Positions 1-14,100 of a DNA stretch of 64,000 bases are shown piece by piece; position 1 is the stretch's first letter; the number at the start of each line of letters is the position of its first letter. The position numbers and the translations under genes are program-made. The stretch lies in assembly GCF_009914755.1 (NCBI RefSeq), contig NC_060934.1; one strand, 5' to 3'. This stretch comes from the human T2T-CHM13v2.0 reference genome, Homo sapiens. Under the pieces are notes generated by a model. That model searched no databases, was not told the DNA's origin, and saw only the letters and a program-made list of their open reading frames with translations.

Positions 1-456
1 TGTTTTAGAAGACAACTTAAGTCAGAGGGAAAGCCTATTATGGCCAAAGCCTGAATATTTGTCCAGTCGGCTGTTAATCCAGTCAGCTTTGATGGAAGAA
101 TTGGTAATAGGAAGATTGTTCTTTTTGGCTTGTTGGGCTGGAGTCAGAGAGAGGGGGACACCCACATGGCCAGAAAGCTGAGATGTCATAGCTAGATAGT
201 CCTCGCAAATGCCACTTTACCAAACAGCCTTCCATTATGATTGTCTGCAAATGAAAGTTAACACTGCTACACCTGGCAAGGAAATTCTTTGCAGAGCCAT
301 GGGTGTAGTTACCACACTGCACTGCAGCAGTTTGGGAGAAGATGCTGAATTAGGGTGAACCTCCAGTAGCCTCTTCTGGGCTTCTTCATGGAAAGGAAGT
401 GAGAGAGCTTCCTGAAGCAGGAGATGGGACAGGTGCCAGGCAACAGAAGAAAATCA

Positions 457-721
457 GGCCCTGCACAATGGATCACGCCTGTAATCCTATGGCTTTTGGA
501 GGCTGAGGCAGGAGGATTGCTTGAGCTCAGGAGTTTGGGACCCCATCTATACAAAAAAAAATTGGCCAGGTGTGGGGTGACATGCATCTGTAGTCCCAGC
601 TACTCAGGAGGCTGAGGCAGGAGGATGACTTGAGCCCAGGAGTTCGAGATTGCATCACTGCACTCCAGCCTGGGTGACAGAGCCAGACTCTGTCTCAAAA
701 TAAATAAAGAAAAATCAAAAA
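457..721 (+). mobile_element. AluJ-type SINE with two internal deletions
   Basis: GGCC start, GGAGGATTGCTTGAGC (J-type), A-rich tail; TSD AAGAAAATCA(G) at 447-457 and 722-732. Confidence 0.95.
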
Positions 722-3409
722 AAGAAAATCAGCGATTTGGCCCTACCAGGCCAGGATGCAGGAACCCTGGCTGGGAACCCAAGAGGCAGTGGGAAAAGCA
801 ATGTTAGGGTTCCAAGCCCTTGTGGAGTGAGTGCTCTGCTCCACTGCTGGTCTGAGCCAACCCCCTGTGTTCATGGCACCTCTACTTTGCGTTCTGAGAG
901 CTTGGGCTTGGCAGTGACCTGGATGAGGCAGAAAAAGGGAGACAGGATAGTGGGACAGGCACAGAATCTGGAGACAGGGCTACTATTTGCTTTCTTTCGA
1001 GGGAGGAGCACAAAAGCCAAATATGAAGTCCTTCCTTCCAATCTTCCATTGTCTGAATTGAGCTGACTCACTGCAGAGTAAACTCATGGATAGCCTTGGT
1101 TTTTCCAGCATGAACAGCTGGGGGCAACTTCACAAGGGTGTGAGATTGGGGAGCTAGAATGGTGCCTCCAGTGTGTGTGAAGACACTGGAGAGTCATATT
1201 TACACCGTCACGAGCTCTCCTCCCAGAAAATCATCACGTTTATTATCTTGCCAATTAAACCTGCATAAATGCATGGGCAAGGTAGGAGAAAAATGGAAAA
1301 AATGCACAGTTCATTTCCTTCTCTGGTGCTGTTTACTCTACATGAGATATTATTAAAAGAGAAAGGTGGTAAACAGGCAGTAAACTGCCCTGTAACACCC
1401 ACAGGTCAACCAAAAAAGTCTGGTGTGATTTTAATCTCAGCGATTTTTGAAATTTAGTGATGAAGAGAAATGCTGAACCCCCTTTCTGGCGTGTTAAATA
1501 ATGATAATGTATGCTTTAAAAACTCATTACAACCATTAACATGAATAACTAGTGATTTCAAATTTGAGTTAAATAGTTAGGCTGCTACATTTATGTTCTT
1601 TGGGTGTTTGAATATAATTATTTGAGGATTAAATTGAGACACAACGATCGGTCCCAGAAATAAATAACAGACTTGCTTGCAAAGCCAAAATTGGAATGGA
1701 GAAATGAGAATTCTTAGAGAAAATATCTGTTGTATGAATGAATGAATAAAAAGGAGATATTCCACACATTAATTACAGGAAGATTTCAGGAAAGGTTTTG
1801 GTTGAAGTTTTTAAGACGATGATGACCGTAATAGATGATTTTAAGAAACACTTTTGATTTTGTTTCTTGTTTTTATGATTTCTAAGATTGGAGAAGGAAT
1901 TTATTAAAAGGACAAAAATGTACTTTTATTATTTAGTAATCTTCTTGATTTGGACAAAAACTGATGAGAGGCTACCTTTCTTGAAATAAAAGGAGTATCT
2001 AGGATGCATTTAAACATTATCTCAAGTATCAGTTACTTAGATATTAAATCAAAACAAACCCACTGCAGTATCCTTCCTTCCTAATAGACAAATCCTTAGT
2101 AATTTATATTGTATCCAGAGAAAGTGGAATTTATCATCAAAGCTAAGCAAATCAGTAACTCTTTGTTTCGTTACAGAGGTAACCTTGGATTTGGTGGTGT
2201 TGAATGTATTTAAACCTCAAGATCAGTTGGCTACATATATTTTAGGAAAAAAGAAAATCCTTTCAATTAAAATTTTTTACAGTGTAAATGTGTTTTGAGT
2301 GATTTAAGTTGGACCCCGAAGGTTGATTTTAATGTACTTTTTTTATTAAGGATTTCATTGATGTACAAGTTGAGGATACTTTTGGCTGAAAGTGCTATTG
2401 AGATGTTAGGAAAATATCAAGCAAGGTGAGCAAAATAGCCAACTTGCAAGCAGTATTCAGAAGGTCTCACCAAAATAAAATCATCAAAGAGGAGCTTTGA
2501 AATGCAATGTGGAACGGAATGCAGGAGGCATTTTCAAAGGCTTTCTGCCTTTGGACTCACAGACCACCAAAAGATTAGCAAGATTCTGATGTACAGGAAT
2601 GTTAGGAAGTTTCTGGGCTCACTCATCCCTCAGAGACTTAAAAAGATGACAAAAATTCAAACCGTCAAGCCATTTTGTAATATAAAAAAGAATCCAATCC
2701 ATCCATGCTTGTAATTTCCATAAATTAGCCTTGTAGACCAGCATGGTGTTTTGTAACATCGTGGAGCAATGCATTATACAAATTAGACAAGGGCTCTGGC
2801 CAAGAAGAGTTTTAAGGAAAATGACAGATCCTTTGCTGTTTCTCGCACACTGAGCTCAGATCTTCTCTGTCTGACTAGAATCACAAAGAGGAAACTGAAT
2901 ATTTTATCCAAAATATTATTATAAAACAGTGCTACAAAGGCCCTTCCCAAGAGACAGATCTTGCAGCAAATATCAGCAAGGCAGGAGGAAGGAGAGGGTC
3001 CTCATAGCCTCCTGTCTCTGTCAGTAACAGGCAGTCGGTAGGACTTGGACTCCGAAGGCATGGGCTGGATTTGCAAATTGCATTTTCAAAGGAGCAGGGA
3101 GATACAATTAGGAAGATCAATGTATGAAAACAGCACCTGAGGCTGCTGGAGTGGAAATGCAAAATTGTGCTGAGGATTCAAGAACCGTTCTGACATGGCT
3201 GTTAGAGACGCTGAAATGTGATTTAAAAAAAAAAAATTTGCCATTTCTCCACCAGAACCCCCAGCTCTTGCCAAGAAATCACCTCTCTGAGCTTCTATTT
3301 CCTCCCTTTGACTCTCCCCTCTTCCTCATCCTCATTCTCACCTCCATGCCTTTGAATACTGTTTGCCTCACCTAGACCATCTATTCCCCATGCCTTCGGA
3401 TGAATTCTA

Positions 3410-3720
3410 ACAATCAACAACTATTCACTATATGCTCTGTGCAAGACATTCTGCTTGACATTTAGAGAATTCAGAGATCTCCAAGACCCAGGCACTTCCC
3501 TTAAGATGTTGAAAATCCCCTTAAAAGGATAAAAAACCAAATGTATAAGAGATAACTAGAAACAGACACATAAAATCTCCAAATGTGCGGGAGTGAGACA
3601 GAAATTCAGAAGAGAGACATTATCACCTGGGAAGTCAAGGAGACTTCATGGAGGTGAATTGAACTAAGCCCTGAAGGCAAAGCAGGATTCAGGTAGGTAG
3701 AATCAGATAGGGCTGGGGAT
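3410..3720 (-). mobile_element. L2 LINE 3' remnant
   Basis: Degenerate match to reverse-complement L2 3' end (TATGCTCTGTGCAAGACATT...GGAAGTCAAGGAGACTTCATGGAGGTG...AAGCCCTGAAGG). Confidence 0.6.
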
Positions 3721-3929
3721 GTGGGCTGGCATTTCCCGCAGGAGCTCGAAGCAGCATAGGTAGGCAGGAAGGATGAAGAAAAGAGATTGGGAGAGATGGC
3801 GTTAGAGAGGTTCAGGTGTCTGGAGCAGTGAGTAACTTACTTGCAGGGCTAATGGACTAGCATTTTTACATTTTGCTAGGTTACGTAGTAAGTGAAAGGG
3901 AGTTGCTAGAATGAAGGGGTGTTTTAGGA

Positions 3930-4761
3930 ATAATTTACAGGACCCAGTGAAACATGAAAAACAGGGTCCCTTCTTCAAAAAGGAGGGAAAAAATTTCCAT
4001 TAAGTTCCTAAAATAGAAAGTCAATATCTTTTTTCTTCTGCAGTCTCTCTCCACCTATCACTTTGTTGTTGGTTTTGTTTTGTTTCCCTATTTAATGTCA
4101 ATTTCCTTGGGCACAAGACGCTTGCAGGAAAAGTGCAGTCTCCCATGGGTACCTGGGGACCCCACCCTGCCCTAGTCCAGTGTGCTTTGTCCTGGCCGAC
4201 CATGGGGAAGTTGAGCCAGGCATCTTCCCTCCCCAAGGTGTGCTGCTGCAACCCATGGCAGATGAGTGACCTCAAGGGTGTTGCACTTGGATGTGCTGGG
4301 TACTTGGATTGGGTCTAGTAAAAGGCTTACCCCTGCCAAGTTGCCTGTCCAGGGCTCTGTGATACAGGCAGCCCAGGTCAGGGATGGCAGAAGCCCTGAG
4401 ACTCCGTAGGGCACGTGTCCTTCCCGAAGCCTGTGCCTACCCCCGCTGAGAGAGGAGGGCAGTGGCTATTGCTGCAGAAGCAAGGAAGAGGAGGTCAGTG
4501 GAATGCAGAAAACCAAGCACAGGGGTCCAGCAACCCATGAGAGGAGACAGAAAGCTGCAGGGAGGCAGGGTTGCATGTGAGCTGAGGCTCCAAGTCCCAG
4601 TGCATGCTCCAGTGTCCCACCAGACTTCAGTCACAAAGCACAAGGTCAAGGTAAAATTGTTCAGGATTCCAAGGCAGTGATCACAAAGCATTAAACCCCA
4701 AATGCCTGAGTTTGAGGTCACCTGTGACTGTAGTGGCTGCATGCTGTCAAGCTGGCCTTTG
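3930..4761 (-). mobile_element. MER45B/C-like hAT-Tip100 DNA transposon
   Basis: Both ends resemble MER45 termini: TAATTTACAGGACCCAGTGAAACATGAAAAACAGGGTCCCTTCTTCAAAAA and GCATTAAACC...TGTGACTGTAGTGGCTGCATGCTGTCAAGCTGGCCTTTG. Confidence 0.75.
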
Positions 4762-5029
4762 GGGCAGCAGAGAGACCTGGGAAAGGTCAATGCCCTGGCA
4801 CGGGTGTCTGGGTGTGACGCAGGGGTAGCAATGGAGTGGGAAAGAACGGAACCATAAAAGCAAGGAAGGGAAGTCTGTGGACTGGAAAGAAAAATAAAGC
4901 AAAGACAATTATTGCATTTGGGACTTGGGTGATACAGAAAAAGACGACACTCTAATATAAAAACGAAACGAAGCAGAAGTCGGTTTATTTCTGTTACAAT
5001 TTTAGCTTTGTAGGTAGGGTTGGAGGAGG

Positions 5030-5470
5030 GGCAAAGATACGATGTTTCATTTTGGACATAACAAGTCTGCGTTGGGAGAAGTTACTTGGACGAAGTGTCT
5101 GATAGGCAGGTGAATACACCCCAGGGAACTTGAGGGAAAGGTAGGGACCAAGACAAAGATGCTGCAGAAATTTGCCCAGAAAGGAGCTTCCAAGAAGTAG
5201 ATGAGGTCTTTAAGAGAGAAGGAACAAGGAGGGGTGAGCAGAGATCAGAGAATAGGCTCACAGGGTACCTGCCTTTAAAGGACAGAGAGAAAGGGGCTTC
5301 CAGGGGGAAGAGGAGGATCTGCAGAGAGGAAACTCTTGCATAAGGCTAAGAGAAGAGTGAATCTTAAAAAGGATGTCAATGGAGTCAAATAGCCCAGAAA
5401 ATCCTGGAGAATGAGGACAAGAAAATAATTCTTATTTATAATTCCCAAAGGTATTGTTTCAGTGGCATAA
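5030..5470 (-). mobile_element. L2 LINE remnant
   Basis: Purine-rich L2-like text (TTTCATTTTGGACAT...GATAGGCAGGTGAATAC). Confidence 0.55.
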
Positions 5471-5544
5471 TTAAGTGGCTGACTGTGTGCATGGGAGGGC
5501 TGTATGCAAATCATGACTCTGTGGCTGAGTTGTCTAGGATGGAC

Positions 5545-5690
5545 AGAGCAGAAGGGCTTTAGAAGCAGGGTCCAGATTCAAATCTCAATTTGGACTCTTG
5601 CTAGTTGCATGGTGTTGGGCAAGCTACCTAATCTTGCTAAATGCCATTTTTCTGAGCTGTGAAATGAGTAGGTAAGTAGGATATTCATAT
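5545..5690 (+). mobile_element. MIR SINE fragment
   Basis: MIR core TTGGGCAAGCTACCTAATCTT...CTGTGAAATGAG. Confidence 0.65.
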
Positions 5691-5702
5691 GGGAGCTATC
5701 AT

Positions 5703-6099
<397 letters not shown>

Positions 6100-6101
6100 T
6101 A

Positions 6102-6490
6102 AACTAGGCACATGACTGCTCTGCTAAGATGATAATTCCCAGCCTCCCTTGATGATAGATGTGGGCATGTGACAAAGTTCTGGCTTATGGGAGATGAAAT
6201 AAAGGGATATGGGCAAGTTTCTGTTCTTCCTTTATGTTTCCCCTTCCTGATGGCCAGAACCCACATAGATGGCTGGAACTGATTCAGCAATCTTGGACCA
6301 GGCAACAGAAGTGGTGGGTTGAGGCTAATGTAGAAAAAAGACAGAAATTGCCTGAATCTGCTACCTTGTGGGGCTTCCAACCTTGCCTGTATTTGGACTA
6401 TTAAATGAGAGAAATACTTTTTTTTTTAAATTTAAGTCACTGGCATTTTGGCTCCCTCTATATAACTGCACTTGTATCCTAAGTAATAAT
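6102..6490 (+). mobile_element. LTR16-type ERVL solo LTR
   Basis: TTCCCAGCCTCCCTTG...ATGTGGGCATGTGACAAAGTTCTGG...GATGGCTGGAAC...ATCTTGGACCA...TTTAAGTCACTG motifs. Confidence 0.7.
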
Positions 6491-6924
6491 ATACTTGTGC
6501 ACATTTAAAAATCGGGGTATAATACTTACTTCATACAATCGTAAGAACTGAGCCCTCTCTGATCCATAAAAAACACCAGACCCACTACCTACCTCATTGT
6601 AATTACTTAATCAATGTTTTCTGAATACATGAACATTATGACCAGAGGACACGGCTGAGAGAATTGCCAAGGTATGTATGAGAAATAGTAGTGGGAGTTA
6701 CATTGTTGGCTACATTGTAGATAGATGTTAAAGGATTTGAATTTTATTCTGCAGGTAGTAGCTCCTGGTGGTTAGTAACATACAGAAATTGAGGACATGC
6801 CCATGCATTTTGATACAAATGGAAAATTCAATATTTCTTGAGCTCCTATTTGATGCCAAGCATTGGGAAAACAAAGGTAAATAAACCAGTCTTTGTCCTT
6901 AAGCTTCTTGCTCAAAGCAATCAT

Positions 6925-7160
6925 TATATTGTTTAAAAGCTTGGACTCTAGATCCAGAATGTCTGCTTTTGAATCTTGGCTCTACTACTAGCTAGTTGGT
7001 GACCTTAGCAAATCAATTCACTTCTCTTTGTTTCATTCTCTGTAAAACAGCAATGACAATAACATCAACTTTATAGGATTGTTATAAGGAATATATGAGC
7101 TAATACCTGCAAAATGCATAAAACAATGCCTAATATTAAGTGCTCAGTTTCTGCTAGCTA
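6925..7160 (+). mobile_element. MIR SINE
   Basis: Near full-length MIR text (GAATCTTGGCTCTACTACTAGCT...GTGACCTTAGCAA...AGGATTGTTATAAGGA). Confidence 0.75.
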
Positions 7161-7161
7161 T

Positions 7162-9790
7162 TATATTAGATAACTATTGCTACATAAGAAACCACCCTTA
7201 ACTCGGTAGCTTAAAACAACAAACATTTATTTAGTTCACAATTCTTCAGGCTGGCAATTTAGCCTGGGCTTAGCTGTGTGGTTCGTCTGGTCTTGGTTGT
7301 GCTCCAGTATATGTCTGCAGTTAGCTACAGGTTGGCTAGGTGGCTCTGCTTTCAGGGTTAGTGGATTTCTACGGTCATAGCTATGGGGTGACAGTGACAA
7401 CTAAGTCATTTGTCTCTCATACTCTAGCATACTTGTCAACTTTGTTCTCATAGAGGAGGCAGGATTCCAAGAGAAAGTAGAAGTGTGAAAGGTCTCAAGT
7501 CCTAAGCACAGAACTGGCATAGCATTACTCCCTCCATATGATATTGGTAAAAGCAATTAGCAAATTCAACCAAATCCAAGGGAAGAGCAACAAAGTCACA
7601 TTGCAAAGGATGTGGGCACAGGTTCAACAGGTGTAATTAATTTGTCTCAGTCTGTCCTCTGGTCTTAATTATTCACATCCCTTCTACATGCAAAATATGC
7701 TCGCACCCTCCCAAGACCCTCAAACTCTCATTCAATCATGGCATCAAACTCCATATCAATTCTGCACATGGTTCCTTGGATGTGATGCGTCTTGATCTGG
7801 GGCCTGTGAAATATAGAGTCAAGTTAGTACTTGTTCAGAAAGACCCAACATATAATGATGACACAAGGCACAGGACAAGTGTGGTAAATACTCCCATTAA
7901 AAATGAGGAGGAATAGGAGACACTAGCAGTAACTGGTCCATAGCAATTCTGAAATCCCACTGGGTAAATGTCACCAGATCCCCCAACTGTGGGAGTGGGA
8001 AAAAGGGAGTGTTGGTTCCCTAATTAAACCTTGCTTCTGATCCTTGGAAGTGGTTCTTTGGTCTATTTTTCTACAAATTTCTTCTTCCACCTTGTGGTTT
8101 CCTAGTTGTGCCCCCTGAGATGGTTTTCTTTTCTCATCACTCTTCTTGGCTACATTTAAATAAATAGCCCATGTTAGCAGATAAATGTCTGTCTTAACTT
8201 ACTTATGCCTATTGAAAGTGGGAAGCCCAAAGCCCTTTGTACATTTTGAACAATTTCAGCCCCTTTTAGTCCAAGCTGGCCACATGTTTTTCCTGTACAA
8301 TTTCCTAAACAATGTAGTGGGTTTCTTACTAATCTGATTATTTTACCCACTTCAATGGGGCAGAAGCCAACACCACAATTGTTTTCTTGACCTGGCTCTC
8401 TAGATTTACCTACTGCTACATTGAGACTAGGTTTTTGTGAAATTATGACATTAATATTCTAGAAGTCTTTGGTCCAGACCAGATGGTCTACTTTAATTAT
8501 TTTAGAGGCCTCAACAAGAGATCATACAGCCACACCCTTGATTTGATCTATGTCTTAGTCTATATTTTACTTTGAGAATCTTCTGCTGGCTGAAGAGACT
8601 ACAAATGAGTAACTGTTATATTTTCTAATCCAGCAAGTCATTCTATTTACAAATTGGCCAGTTCTTTCTTTATCTCATCTTTCCTTGGTGTTCGTTGTCA
8701 TATGCAGCAAGAAGCAACCAGCTAACACTTTCAACATTTTGCCTGGAATCTCCTTAGCCAAATGCAAACATTTGTTAGGCATATTTTTATCTTCCTATCT
8801 TATATCTCTATCTCTGTATTGAAATATCTATATATCTTGCTGCAGGTGAGAATTATCTTTGAAATAACAGCATTATTGAGAAATATTTCATATACTATAA
8901 AATTCACTGTTTAAATTGTACAATTCAGTGGTTGTCTAACCATCACCACTATCTAACTTCATAAAATTTTTGTTTTTCCAAAAACGAATTCTGTACCCAT
9001 TGGTAGTCACTCCACACTACTCCCTTCCTTGGGCCTCTGACAAATATTTATCTAATTTCTGTTTCTATTGATTAGCCTATTCTGACCATTTCATATAAAT
9101 GAAGATTTACAATCTATGGGCTTTTGTGACTAGCTTCTGTCAGTTAGCATAATGTGCAGGGCCAACAGTTTTACAAGTCCTTTTGCCATTACATAAAGCA
9201 GGTTGCCATTTTTTTAGCTTTAAAAACAATTTCCTCACCATTTCTCCAGCCTTTGCTGATAATGTGCTTATGGCCTCTCCATCCTCCACCCTCTGACTGG
9301 TTCTAAAATCAATGCTGCACATTTTCAATCTTGGTTATGTCAGCATTCCATTTCTGGTACCAATTTCAGGATCAGGATCATTCTTTATTACCAAAATCAT
9401 GTTGTTTATTAAAAAACAAACTTCAGTGGCATGCAATAATAATCATTTAGTTTTTTTTCATGAGCCTACAGGTCAGTTGGGTGGTCCTTCTGGGTGTGAT
9501 TGGCTCAACTATGTATCTGATGTTAACTTCACATCAGATTGAATTCTTCTGACCTCTCTTGGGTGTTGACTCACTGTGGGCTTATCTGTCATGGCCTCAC
9601 AAGGAGAGCTGGGCTCTCCTTCATGTGGTCTCTTGGCCTCCATAGGCCAGCCTGGCTCCTTCACGTAGTGGCTGCGCAGAGCCCCAAGAGAGGAAGTGGA
9701 AGCACATGAGGCCTCTCAAGGCCTAGAGTCAGAACCAACATGCTCGCTTCTGCCCTATTCTATTTGCCAAAGCAAATCACAAGGCCAGCT
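7162..9790 (-). mobile_element. MLT1 (ERVL-MaLR) provirus: 3' LTR 7162-7649, internal 7650-9367, 5' LTR 9368-9790
   Basis: Two alignable MLT1H-like LTRs; PPT-like CCAGAGGACAGAC (minus strand) next to one LTR and MaLR internal start GAAATTGGTACCAGAAATGG (minus strand, 9348-9367) next to the other. Confidence 0.75.
8862..9155 (-). mobile_element. L1MB-type 3' fragment nested in MLT1 internal region
   Basis: ATAAAATTCACTGTTTAAATTGTACAATTCAGTGG...CTATTCTGACCATTTCATATAAATG typical of L1MB 3'UTR. Confidence 0.8.
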
Positions 9791-9794
9791 GAGT

Positions 9795-10095
9795 ATACAC
9801 AAGCACATGCATGCACACACATACACGCACACACACACAGAAAGAGAGATTTATTATAAGAAATTGACTCACATGACCATGGAGGCTAAGAAGTCCCGTC
9901 ACCTGCTGTCTGCCAGCTGGAGACTCAGAAGAGCTGGTGGTACAATTCCAGTTCTACTCTGAAGGCCTGAGAACCAGAAAAGCTGAGGGTGTAAATTCCA
10001 GTCTAAGTGCAGGAGACCAACGACACAGCTCAAAAACAGTCTGACAGAAAGAGAGTGAATCCTCCCTTACCCCACTTTTTTCTCAGTCCCTTAAA
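9795..10095 (-). mobile_element. MLT2 (ERVL) LTR fragment preceded by (CA)n
   Basis: GAGATTTATTATAAGAAATTGACTCACATGACCATGGAGGCTAAGAAGTCCC...GAAGGCCTGAGAACCAG. Confidence 0.8.
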
Positions 10096-10243
10096 TCAAT
10101 AGCCTACAAGTGTTGTTGTAAAGTTAAAGTTTTTAAACTTTTTATTTTGAAATAATTGTAGTTGTAAGAAATAATACAGAGAGATCCTGTTTACCTTTTA
10201 TTTGGTTCTGCCTCATGTTAACATCTCATATAACTATACTAAA

Positions 10244-10812
<569 letters not shown>

Positions 10813-12516
10813 CACTCTGCCAATCTTATTCTGATTTCTCCACTTTTACATGCACATATTTATGCATATGTGTATTTAATTCTGTGCCATATTTTCTTAT
10901 GTGTAGACTTGTGTGACCATCACTACAGTCAAGATATAGAACAGGTCCATCACAAGGACACATTAGGCTACCTTTGATAGCCACAGCCATTTCCCTTCCC
11001 TTCCCACTCCCTAGTCCCTGGCAACTAACTACTACATGTTCTTCATTTCTATAATTTGTTTTTTTCAAAAATGTCTTATAAATAAAATCATGCAGCTTAT
11101 AACCTTTTGATATTGGCTCTCCTTTTTTTGAATAACTCCCTTGAAATCCAACCAAGTTGTGTGTATCTGTGGTTTAAAGCTCCTTTTTCTTGCTGAGTGG
11201 TAATTCACAGTATAGATGTACCACAGTCTATTTCACCATTCACCCACTCAGAAACATCTGGGCCATTCCCAGGTTTTAGCTGTTAGGAATAAAGCAGCAA
11301 CAAACATTTATACACAGGTTATTTTGTGGACAGAACTCTTGATTTCTCTGGAATAAATATCCAGGAGCATAATTGCTGGATCTTGGGATGAGCATGTGTT
11401 TAGTTTTATAACAAACCAGCCTACACTTTTCCAGATTGGCTGTGCCATTTTATATTCCCATTGGTAATGTAGGAGGTATCCAGTTTCTCGGCATCCTTGT
11501 CAGCATTTGATATTTTTAATTTCTGCCATTCAAATAGGTGTGTAGTGATATCTAATGTGGCTTTAATTTGCATTTCTTTAATGACTAAAGATGTGGGGTG
11601 TACTTTTTATGTACTTATTTGCCATTTATATATCCTCTTGAGTGAAGTGCCTGTGTATGTCTTTTGCCCATTTTCTAATTTGGTTGTTATATTCTAGCAG
11701 TTTTTCATTCCTAGTCTCTTGTTTATTCATCTTCCTATAAAGTAATCTAAATCTTACCTTGTATTTAAGAGATTTTTCTATGGAAGAGAATGAAAAGTCT
11801 TATTAAATCTCCAATACATTTTTAGATAGCGTACTCATACTCTGCGTGATAAATCATTTTATCAGGAAAGCAAATAGAATTGGTCCTGCCCAATAGTTTT
11901 TTTCTCAAAGTCACTGATTATTTCCTAGTCTCTTGTGATACCTTACAGGGGCTAAAGAGGAATGATTTGCTTAAGCTGATCTTACACGTCCTGTGCTTAT
12001 GCAAAAAAGCTTAGTGTTAGGCCCCACTAAAGTTTGTTGTTTGTACATCTCTAAAAGAAACAGTTGGCCAAGCGCTTAGGTAGCATGGCAGGTAGGGACC
12101 ACAATAGTATAGTTGTACAGTTGTCTGTGTTTGATTTGTAACCAGCAAAACCTTCTCACTCAGAAAAAAAAAGAGCAGCTTTCAGCTCCTGGTACTGCTG
12201 ATCTCCTCTGGTGTTTTCTGTTAAACATGTCCTAGATTTGCTAATTGTGTTTTTTATTTAATGAGTTCAAGAGGCAGGCATTTATTGTATCCCTCGCTAA
12301 TAAATCATAACTGCTGATTCAGCATTTCTACAAAATGTTAAACAACAATACAATCAAGCCTTAGTAATTAGTTAATTTAGGGAAATAGGAAGAATTACTG
12401 GACTCTTGCTAGAAATTATACGATAATTTTTTTTCTGCTTTTCCATGCTAACTTATAGTAACCTCCCTTTCTCCCTTTGCACTGGTTTCCTTCCAAGCAC
12501 AGGATATAACCTATAA

Positions 12517-12852
<336 letters not shown>

Positions 12853-13514
12853 TAATCAAATAAATATACATTATATACATTGCAAATTAGTAACAAGTCT
12901 TGTGGAAGAATAAACACATATTTTAAAATGCTATAGTAAAAAATACCCCACAGAGCAATGCATGAAGTGGGTTGCAATAAATACCAAATTCAGAAATCAG
13001 CTTGTGTCAAAAGAAATGATTTAAGAGAGCTGACACGCACTGAAATATGGACTAGTCTAGAGAATGCTTGAAGAAGGGAATCAAAGCAATAAATAAATAA
13101 TCATTTGTATTATTTCACCTTCTTTGTAAGTGATTAATTGATTAAAGGGGAGACAGGGTTAAGTAATTCAAGCCCCCAGCATCAATCAGAGGCTGAATTC
13201 TAGCTTGTGAGCTACAAGCTGGTATAGAGAGCTCAAAGGATTTTTCTGGGTTGTTTCTCCCAGGTCAGTCATTTCTGGCTTTGGAAGCTCTAGGGTTGCT
13301 GGGTCTATGTGGGCATTTGTTCACTAGTGAAGCTGTCCTGGAATGGGTCCAGCACCTGGAGCAGGCTAGTCTCCTAACATCCTGCGCTGAGCACTCATGA
13401 ACACCATGTGGGATGCATGTGTGAGAAGCCCTCTTGGTGGCATAATGACAGATGCTCTGTTCGAGAGAGGCTAGGTAAAGGCACATCTAATGCTGAAAAA
13501 CTCGGGAGTATCTC

Positions 13515-14000
13515 TCTTTTCATTCAGCATGTATTCATTGAGTGTCTTCCACAGTCTAGCTCTGCACTACGTCTGCAATACAGGAATGAAAAATCCCTGC
13601 TCGTAAAAACTCACATGGGAGAGAGATTAATAACCATCAACTACAATAGGACACAAGTAAGGCTTATGATGGCAGCAAGTACATGGTATTACTCCAGTGC
13701 AGAGGAGGTCTGCTTCATCCCGGTGGTGGTAATGGGGTGGGAGGGGTGAAGGAAGTGCTTCTGAATGCGGTGAATTCTGAGATGGGTTTTGATGGTGAAA
13801 TAGGAATGTGCTCAGCAGACATAGTGAGGGGGCAGATTATGCAAGACAGGTGCAGGTGCGAGAGAGTGCAAGTGGCTCTTGCAAAGCTAACAGTGGTTTG
13901 TGGCAGGGGGCAGGAGGTGAGGGCTGCAGAGGTGGGCCTGAGCCAACTGAAGATGTTATTGATGGGTTGGATGCAGGGCAATGACATAATGAGAAAGGCA
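13515..14000 (-). mobile_element. L2 LINE 3' remnant
   Basis: TTCATTCAGCATGTATTCATTGAGTGTCT...CTGAGATGGGTTTTGATGG. Confidence 0.6.
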
Positions 14001-14100
14001 GAATGAGGGGCAACTTTTGCCACATTCCACCATCCACTTGCTTTCCTAGAAGGGAAGACTGGGGAGGCCACTGCATTGCATTTCAGAGACTGTTTGTAAA

